Notes under the pieces: model-generated | The model's input: the letters and a program-made list of their open reading frames with translations, nothing else | What the model was told of the DNA's origin: nothing | Databases searched by the model: none | DNA from: a virus | Taxonomy: Duplodnaviria; Heunggongvirae; Uroviricota; Caudoviricetes | Reading direction: 5' to 3' (one strand) | Virus record (IMG/VR): IMGVR_UViG_2703719355_000024 | DNA length: 4,369 nucleotides | Shown: positions 1 to 4,369 of the stretch, one piece after another | How the letters are laid out: the number at the start of each line of letters is the position of its first letter | Position numbering within the stretch: the first letter of the stretch is position 1 | Program-made: the position numbers and the translations under genes

Positions 1-354
1 TTGTCTGGCGCTTTTCCAACCGCTGGCGCTATCGCAGGGTTCTCTGGAGGAGGTGTTATTGGAGCAATAGTTGGTGGCGCTGCAGGTGGAGCAATTGATG
101 CGATAGCAAAAGGATCGATAGCGAAATTATCCGCAACCAGAAGTGGTCGTTACGCTATTGAAAAGGCTGTTCAAGAGGCAACAAAGGCAGTTAAGGTTGG
201 GGCAAGTGATGGCGCATTAGCGGCGGCAGAACGCAGATTTATGGCAAATAAGGCCGCCGTAAAAGCAATACGCGAGGCACTAGGAAACGAAGAGTTCCAG
301 CGTTTAGCAAGGGCTGGAATTGTGGCATCGCTAAGCGGAATGGCACAGGAGTAA
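1..354 (+). CDS. 3' portion of a CDS that probably starts upstream of the window (5'-partial); hypothetical protein with a Gly/Ala-rich hydrophobic segment followed by an Ala/Lys/Glu-rich helical tail; by position possibly the last virion/ejection-protein gene of a P22-like late operon
   Basis: Open frame from base 1 to TAA at 352-354. Position 1 is TTG with no upstream context, so it is most likely an internal codon. Residues 5-35 (AFPTAGAIAGFSGGGVIGAIVGGAAGGAIDAIA) form a glycine-zipper-like hydrophobic stretch. The ejection-protein assignment is inference from synteny only. Confidence 0.5.
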   Translation: MSGAFPTAGAIAGFSGGGVIGAIVGGAAGGAIDAIAKGSIAKLSATRSGRYAIEKAVQEATKAVKVGASDGALAAAERRFMANKAAVKAIREALGNEEFQRLARAGIVASLSGMAQE

Positions 355-684
355 TTAGTCATCCATGGATGGATTGAGCTTATCTCGTGTTGATGTGGCA
401 ATTTTACCAACATTTTTCAACCAAGATTTTAAGAAGGATATGTCGTCCTTAATATCATGAATATCCTCATTCTTTATACGATCAACCTTATCCTCTAGGC
501 TCTCTATAGAACGCTCAATGCTAGACAGAGAGACTTTTAAGTCTCCTTGCTCACGTTCCAGTGAGGATTTGAGAGCACAATATTCGTTTTCTAGAATTCC
601 TATTTTTTTTGTTAGAGAGTGCATTCGATACTCATACACCAAACCAGAAACGACTAATGCAGCCAACAGAAACCATTCAAGCAC
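355..684 (-). CDS. hypothetical small membrane-anchored coiled-coil protein (109 aa, GTG start)
   Basis: Minus-strand ORF with GTG start at 684-682, preceded by a strong Shine-Dalgarno (minus strand AAGGAGG, 5-nt spacer). N-terminal hydrophobic segment LEWFLLAALVVSGLVY, then a charged heptad-like region (LENEYCALKSSLEREQGDLKVSLSSIERSIESLEDKVDRIKNE). Stop TAA is the complement of 355-357. Confidence 0.55.
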   Translation of the reverse strand: MLEWFLLAALVVSGLVYEYRMHSLTKKIGILENEYCALKSSLEREQGDLKVSLSSIERSIESLEDKVDRIKNEDIHDIKDDISFLKSWLKNVGKIATSTRDKLNPSMDD

Positions 685-825
685 ACCAACCTCCTTAGTT
701 TTGCGCAGGATACCAGATGATAATGTATTGGTGGAGTGGTGTGTGAAAACGTGTCAACGACAAACCATCCACAACTTGGACGAATGATTTAGCAAAAAGT
801 GCTATTTTTGGTGTTTGGTGTCATA

Positions 826-848
826 GAAAAGTGAATAGCTCACTTTTC
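826..848. repeat. perfect 9-bp inverted repeat GAAAAGTGA-N5-TCACTTTTC in the intergenic region; candidate operator or RNA hairpin
   Basis: Read directly: gaaaagtga (826-834), atagc (835-839), tcacttttc (840-848). No T-run follows on either strand, so it is not a classic intrinsic terminator. Confidence 0.6.
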
Positions 849-975
849 AACATTGCATGAAACTTGCAGGAAATGTGACATTACCTTATAGGTAACTTCG
901 GCGAAAATGCAGTAAATGTGAAACGTAATGGTTTAAACATGTCGCTAAAGTGGTTGTAAGTTAGCCTCCGAAGGA

Positions 976-1052
976 TTGCTGATAGCTTTGTTATAGTATT
1001 AAATGACATTTGACATAGTTGGATACTTAGCTGTGGCTATCAAGATGGAGGT
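976..1052 (+). promoter_or_regulatory. putative promoter/leader region for the Panacea operon (elements not confidently resolved)
   Basis: TTGACA at 1010-1015 inside a tandem TGACAT-T-TGACAT motif (1004-1016), but no good -10 at 17 +/- 1 bp. Alternative weak pair TTGCTG (976-981)-N17-TTAAAT (999-1004). SD GGAGG at 1047-1051. Confidence 0.3.
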
Positions 1053-1058
1053 GTGTTC

Positions 1059-1502
1059 ATGCTTACTTGTTTTGATGTCGCCGACTACTTCCTGTCGCGG
1101 TGTGACGAGGATAGCGGTGACACAATCTCTAATTTAAAATTACAAAAGCTTGTTTACTATGCTCAGGGTTTTTCATTGGCGTTGCTTGGCGAGCCTCTTT
1201 TTCAGAATAAGATGGAAGCTTGGATGCATGGCCCTGTTGTCCCTGAGCTTTATCGCCGTTATAAACAATATGGTAATGGCGCTATCCCTTCTCCAGAGTC
1301 TTTTGATGCTGAAAAATTCAGCGAAGAACAGTTAGAGCTATTAGAAGAAGTCTGGGATGTTTTTGGGCAATTTTCTGCCTGGAAACTGAGGAACATGACA
1401 CACGAAGAGTCACCATGGAGATCAAACTATATTGAGGGTGTTGGTGGTTCTGAAATTAGCTCTAAGGAGATGGCAGAGTACTTTGCAACTCGGATTAACT
1501 AA
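1059..1502 (+). CDS. Panacea-domain protein (DUF4065 / SocA-like antitoxin domain, GepA-type phage-associated protein); putative antitoxin or sensor component
   Basis: ATG at 1059 with GGAGG 7 nt upstream; the GTG at 1053 given in the ORF track sits on the SD and is less likely. The segment LKLQKLVYYAQGFSLALLGEPLFQNKMEAWMHGPVVPELYRRYKQYG matches the DUF4065/Panacea core pattern as I recall it. Stop TAA at 1500-1502. Confidence 0.75.
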   Translation: MLTCFDVADYFLSRCDEDSGDTISNLKLQKLVYYAQGFSLALLGEPLFQNKMEAWMHGPVVPELYRRYKQYGNGAIPSPESFDAEKFSEEQLELLEEVWDVFGQFSAWKLRNMTHEESPWRSNYIEGVGGSEISSKEMAEYFATRIN

Positions 1503-1506
1503 CGAG

Positions 1507-1926
1507 ATGGCAAGAAAATCTAAAAGGATTATCCCCCCTGCTGAATCTACAGGTAAGTTAAAGTTAGGGCCGCAGTCAGGGGGGAATTCAGATCAAAAGA
1601 AACCGAAATTTTCATTCTGTTACATCCAAAGCTCTCACTGCATAACGAAATGCCAAAAAGATGAGAAAGCTGGCTTAGCTGATAAATTATACAGATTAAG
1701 TCAACTAACATGGGCAGAGATTAAGCAGCAAGGTAGGCATAAGCTTGGATTTGAGAAGATTGCAAGGGGTGCCATTAAAGCAGGTATCCCCAGTCATATA
1801 ACGGAAGACGTAGATCATTTCTTGGCTTTTAGATTTGATGATTTGAAAGCCATGGTTGGTTATCGTCTTGGATCGACATTTTTTGTTATATGGCTTGATA
1901 GAGAGTTCAACCTATACAAGCACTAA
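1507..1926 (+). CDS. hypothetical 139-aa protein, candidate toxin/effector partner of the Panacea-domain protein
   Basis: ATG at 1507 lies 4 nt after the upstream stop, in the same orientation, with no strong SD of its own, suggesting translational coupling. The ORF-track start at 1432 is a TTG inside the upstream gene. Basic low-complexity N-terminus (MARKSKRIIPPAESTGKLKLGPQSGGNSDQKKPK), a Cys/His cluster (FSFCYIQSSHCITKC), and a beta-rich C-terminus. No family recognised. An intrinsic terminator follows immediately. Confidence 0.7.
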   Translation: MARKSKRIIPPAESTGKLKLGPQSGGNSDQKKPKFSFCYIQSSHCITKCQKDEKAGLADKLYRLSQLTWAEIKQQGRHKLGFEKIARGAIKAGIPSHITEDVDHFLAFRFDDLKAMVGYRLGSTFFVIWLDREFNLYKH

Positions 1927-1953
1927 TAAAACCCACCGTCAGGTGGGTTTTTT
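1927..1953. terminator. bidirectional rho-independent terminator shared by the convergent Panacea operon and the repressor gene
   Basis: AAAA (1927-1930), stem ACCCACC (1931-1937), loop GTCA (1938-1941), stem GGTGGGT (1942-1948), then a T-run from 1949. The flanking A-tract and T-tract allow function in both directions. The repressor stop codon (complement of 1939-1941) lies in the loop. Confidence 0.8.
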
Positions 1954-2748
1954 GTTGTCTCTGCTATCGAGAAGGAAGTTCAATTTTTCCTCTATTTCTT
2001 TAAGCTTGAGATAAAGTAATTCTTTCTCGGTTCTGGCATTTTCAGCTATAAAATCCTCTGCTTCATCCAACGTATTTTCGCTATCTCTTATCGAGTGCAG
2101 CGGGGTTTTTAACAAATCAATTTGTGCATGAATAGCTACAGCAATGATTTCCATATCATCACTGATTTCCAACATCGGGTACGCTGGATTAAGTGGTTTT
2201 AAGTAAAAATGCCCCTGATCTCTTATTAGTTGCTTGAAGGTGGTTTCAAATCCATTGCAACACAGCACGAAGTCTCCTGGTTTGGCCTGAATATCCGGAT
2301 CAAAGCAGACAGTGTAGCCATCCGGGAAGCTAATTCCAGAAGATGATGTCATTGAATGCCCTGTAACCACTAACGCAAATGCATTATTCCCGGCACATAA
2401 CGGGGCAGGGATAAAGTCTATAGGAGTAATGTCGCTTGGAAATTTTCCTCCTTTAGGATAGGAATTTGATAGGTGCGAGAATACGGGGATCTCTCTGACT
2501 GTTACCGTTCTCTGTATTGAGCTAACATCAGGCCCCTCACCAACACCGATAGCTAACCATTCTGTTGTTGTCCCTAAAGTAGCAGCCAGATTTCGTAACA
2601 CAGCGTCCCTTGGCTTGGAATCTCCTGCTTCATAGGCTGCTATTTGCCTTCTTACGATGCCAACCTTATCAGCTAACTGACCTTGAGTCAGCCCCATGGC
2701 AGCGCGAGCGATAGATATACGCTTAGGAAATGAATCGTCAAATTTCAT
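1939..2748 (-). CDS. lambda CI / P22 C2-type repressor: N-terminal HTH (XRE/Cro-C1 type) plus C-terminal S24 (LexA-like) peptidase domain, with an additional ~55-residue charged helical C-terminal extension
   Basis: Start taken as ATG at 2748-2746 with SD AAGGA 6 nt upstream; the ORF-track start at 2805 has no SD and would overlap the candidate divergent promoter. HTH: ISIARAAMGLTQGQLADKVGIVRRQIAAYEAG. S24 domain: GHSM (Ser nucleophile) and TFKQLIRDQGHFYLKPLNPAYPMLE, very close to lambda CI [26 protein letters not shown] and P22 C2 [24 protein letters not shown] as recalled from memory. Confidence 0.85.
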   Translation of the reverse strand: MKFDDSFPKRISIARAAMGLTQGQLADKVGIVRRQIAAYEAGDSKPRDAVLRNLAATLGTTTEWLAIGVGEGPDVSSIQRTVTVREIPVFSHLSNSYPKGGKFPSDITPIDFIPAPLCAGNNAFALVVTGHSMTSSSGISFPDGYTVCFDPDIQAKPGDFVLCCNGFETTFKQLIRDQGHFYLKPLNPAYPMLEISDDMEIIAVAIHAQIDLLKTPLHSIRDSENTLDEAEDFIAENARTEKELLYLKLKEIEEKLNFLLDSRDNKKPT

Positions 2749-2770
2749 ATGTGATCCTTTAAAGTTCACA

Positions 2771-2799
2771 TTGACACATTCAAATTCATGGCAAATAAT
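2771..2799 (+). promoter_or_regulatory. candidate sigma70 promoter for the arc-like/antirepressor operon (Pant analogue)
   Basis: TTGACA at 2771-2776, 17-bp spacer, AATAAT at 2794-2799, about 50 bp upstream of the arc-like start. Flanked by repeated TGTGA/TCACA half-sites that could be operators. Confidence 0.45.
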
Positions 2800-2848
2800 T
2801 GGCATGAGTTTGTGATGATGTGTGATTCAAAAATACATGAGGTGAATA

Positions 2849-3022
2849 ATGGAACAGAAGAAAAAAGATATCAAGCCTATCTCCTACCGCCCAAGTGCTG
2901 AAGTGCGTGAGTTTTTGGAAGGTAACGCAGCTAAAAGCTACCGCTCAATTCAGGGAATGCTTGATTTCTTTATGGCAAGAGTGATGGAGATGGAGAGGAA
3001 AGGTGAAATTGTCATCCATTAA
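2849..3022 (+). CDS. arc: Arc-like ribbon-helix-helix transcriptional repressor (57 aa)
   Basis: Not in the supplied ORF track (below its length cutoff). ATG at 2849 with GAGG at 2839-2842; stop TAA at 3020-3022. Protein [57 protein letters not shown] aligns by eye with P22 Arc as recalled: a basic beta-strand (FNLRWPREV vs ISYRPSAEV), the RS motif, and RVME in helix B. Sits directly upstream of the antirepressor-like gene, as in P22 immI. Confidence 0.7.
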   Translation: MEQKKKDIKPISYRPSAEVREFLEGNAAKSYRSIQGMLDFFMARVMEMERKGEIVIH

Positions 3023-3093
3023 AAATGTTGAAGCCCCAACTGCTGCAACAGTCAGGGCTTCGGTATCAACAAAACTTACGAGGTATTATTGAT

Positions 3094-4023
3094 ATGTCAA
3101 GCTTAGCAAAGTCAACTGTAAATTGCACTAACAGCATCACCATTTCAGACGTCAAGATTCATATGGATTCAGAGGGGCGTTACTCGCTTAATGACCTGCA
3201 CAAGGCATCAGGTAAAGAGCGTCGTCATGAGCCTGCTGCGTGGCTGCGACTAGAACAAACCAATGAGTTAGTTCAAGAAATTCTAAATACACAGATGTGT
3301 GTATTTAAAAATGGCGATAACTTTAATTCTTCAGAATCGCAGATTAAGAAGCCAATGGACTCTAAGAAGGGTCGCTACGGAGGCACCTACGTGTGCAAGG
3401 AGCTTGTTTACTCCTACGCCATGTGGATTAGCGCAGCCTTTGCGCTGAAGGTTATCCGTGCATATGACGCAATGGTTACTACCACACAAGAGAGGAAGGC
3501 TATTGGCGGTAAAACTTCAGTAGCTGAACGCACACCGCTACGCGATGCAGTAAACATGCTGGTAGGAAAGAAAGGGCTTCGCTATGACGATGCATACAAT
3601 ATGGTTCATCAGCGTTTTGGTATTGACAGCATTGATGAACTTTCAATTGAACAAATCCCGCTGGCCGTAGAGTACATCCACAGGGTAGTGCTTGAAGGTG
3701 AGTTCATCGGCAAACAAGAGAAGAAAACCAACGAGCTTTCTGCAAAAGAAGCAAACAGCCTTGTATGGTTATGGGATTATGCCAACCGCTCACAGGCATT
3801 ATTCCGCGAATTGTATCCGGCGCTAAAACAAATTCAATCGAACTATTCCTGCAGATGCTACGACTACGGTCATGAGTTCTCGTATGTTATTGGAATGGCG
3901 AGAGACGTTTTAATAAACCACACACGAGATGTTGATATCAATGAGCCAGACGGACCAACGAATCTTTCCGCATGGATGAGACTTAAGAATAAAGAATTAC
4001 CTCCTTCAGTACATAACTACTGA
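3094..4023 (+). CDS. KilA-N domain protein, putative antirepressor (functional analogue of P22 Ant)
   Basis: ATG at 3094 with GAGG at 3080-3083. The in-frame ATG at 3025, 2 nt after the arc-like stop, has no SD but cannot be excluded. N-terminal region has KilA-N hallmarks ([53 protein letters not shown]). Followed by a strong intrinsic terminator. Position between the arc-like gene and the tailspike matches P22 ant. Confidence 0.75.
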   Translation: MSSLAKSTVNCTNSITISDVKIHMDSEGRYSLNDLHKASGKERRHEPAAWLRLEQTNELVQEILNTQMCVFKNGDNFNSSESQIKKPMDSKKGRYGGTYVCKELVYSYAMWISAAFALKVIRAYDAMVTTTQERKAIGGKTSVAERTPLRDAVNMLVGKKGLRYDDAYNMVHQRFGIDSIDELSIEQIPLAVEYIHRVVLEGEFIGKQEKKTNELSAKEANSLVWLWDYANRSQALFRELYPALKQIQSNYSCRCYDYGHEFSYVIGMARDVLINHTRDVDINEPDGPTNLSAWMRLKNKELPPSVHNY

Positions 4024-4041
4024 CAGATAACCAACGCAACG

Positions 4042-4065
4042 ACCCAGCTTCGGCTGGGTTTTTTT
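4042..4065 (+). terminator. rho-independent terminator downstream of the antirepressor-like gene
   Basis: Stem ACCCAGC (4042-4048), loop TTCG (4049-4052), stem GCTGGGT (4053-4059), then a T-run to 4065. Confidence 0.8.
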
Positions 4066-4123
4066 ATGCCCAAAATTCACCGTAGCCATGCTGCGGCGAT
4101 TCCTTGTATCTGGAGCAAATTAA

Positions 4124-4369
4124 ATGACAGACATTACAGCCAATGTTGTGGTAAGCATGCCTTCGCAACTCTTCACTATGGCGCGTTCTTTTAAAGCCGT
4201 AGCCAATGGCAAAATTTATATCGGAAAAATTGACACTGACCCGGTAAATCCTGAAAACCAGATTCAGGTTTATGTAGAGAACGAAGACGGTTCTCACGTT
4301 CCTGTTTCGCAACCAATCATCATTAACGCTGCTCGTTATGGTGAGTTTGATGACTACCCGCTGAAGTGA
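4124..4369 (+). CDS. tailspike protein N-terminal head-binding region (P22 gp9-like); only 81 codons before an in-frame stop at the window edge, so possibly truncated, remnant, or a module junction
   Basis: ATG at 4124 with GGAG at 4112-4115. The first ~70 residues ([70 protein letters not shown]) match the P22 tailspike N-terminus as I recall it. The sequence then diverges ([11 protein letters not shown]) and ends at TGA 4367-4369. Confidence 0.8.
   Translation: MTDITANVVVSMPSQLFTMARSFKAVANGKIYIGKIDTDPVNPENQIQVYVENEDGSHVPVSQPIIINAARYGEFDDYPLK

Noticed and set aside
171-413. 80-aa minus-strand ORF overlapping the 1-354 gene
   Set aside because: Fully antisense to a better-supported coding frame, with Ser/Ala-rich low-complexity translation and no SD; it also spans the abutting stops of two real genes. 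Judged spurious.
518-787. 89-aa plus-strand ORF overlapping the 355-684 minus-strand gene
   Set aside because: Ser/Arg-rich translation with no motif or domain-like pattern and no convincing SD, while the opposite-strand frame has a strong SD and a coherent TM plus coiled-coil architecture. Judged an antisense artefact.
1150-1335. 61-aa plus-strand ORF in an alternative frame inside the Panacea-domain gene
   Set aside because: Entirely nested within a well-supported CDS in another frame; hydrophobic low-complexity translation typical of an off-frame read.
1432-1506. N-terminal extension of the 139-aa gene (track start at 1432)
   Set aside because: The start at 1432 is a TTG lying inside the upstream gene. 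The ATG at 1507, 4 nt after the upstream stop, is the more plausible coupled start.
2749-2805. N-terminal extension of the CI-like repressor (track start at 2805)
   Set aside because: No SD precedes 2805, whereas the ATG at 2748 has AAGGA at ideal spacing. The extension (MPIICHEFECVNVNFKGSH) would also overlap the candidate divergent promoter.
2749-2848. Possible LexA (SOS) box controlling the antirepressor operon
   Set aside because: I looked for CTGT-N8-ACAG-like sites in this promoter region and in 685-1058 and found none; SOS control via LexA is not supported by sequence.
3025-3093. N-terminal extension of the KilA-N gene (track start at 3025)
   Set aside because: The ATG at 3025 lacks an SD, while the ATG at 3094 has GAGG upstream and puts the KilA-N domain near the N-terminus. 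Not fully excluded, because 3025 lies 2 nt after the arc-like stop and could be translationally coupled.
4064-4312. 82-aa minus-strand ORF antisense to the tailspike start
   Set aside because: Overlaps the terminator and the highly conserved tailspike N-terminal coding region; Arg/Asn-rich translation without features. Judged spurious.
1-4369. CRISPR arrays, tRNA/rRNA genes, IS elements, integrase or att sites
   Set aside because: No regularly spaced direct repeats of CRISPR type, no tRNA-like structures, and no transposase or integrase-like reading frames were seen. The prophage boundary itself is not visible in this window.

Overview
This window reads like the accessory right-arm end of a P22-like (lambdoid podovirus) prophage from an enterobacterial host; all homology calls are from reading and recall, not searches. 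Left to right: the 3' end of a + strand gene with a glycine-zipper-like segment (1-354); a convergent minus-strand membrane-anchored coiled-coil protein (355-684); a repeat-rich intergenic region; a tightly coupled two-gene operon of a Panacea/DUF4065 (SocA-like antitoxin-domain) protein plus a 139-aa protein of unknown fold (1059-1926), sitting where P22 carries sieA; a bidirectional terminator; a convergent lambda-CI/P22-C2-type HTH-S24 repressor that lacks the canonical Ala-Gly cleavage site and has an extra helical C-terminal tail (1939-2748); a divergent promoter region; a 57-aa Arc-like gene absent from the ORF track (2849-3022); a KilA-N antirepressor-like gene (3094-4023); a terminator; and a tailspike N-terminus that matches P22 gp9 for about 70 residues, then diverges and stops at the window end. 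The most interesting candidate for an undescribed system is the Panacea-domain/unknown-protein pair in this moron slot, a putative toxin-antitoxin or anti-phage defence module.
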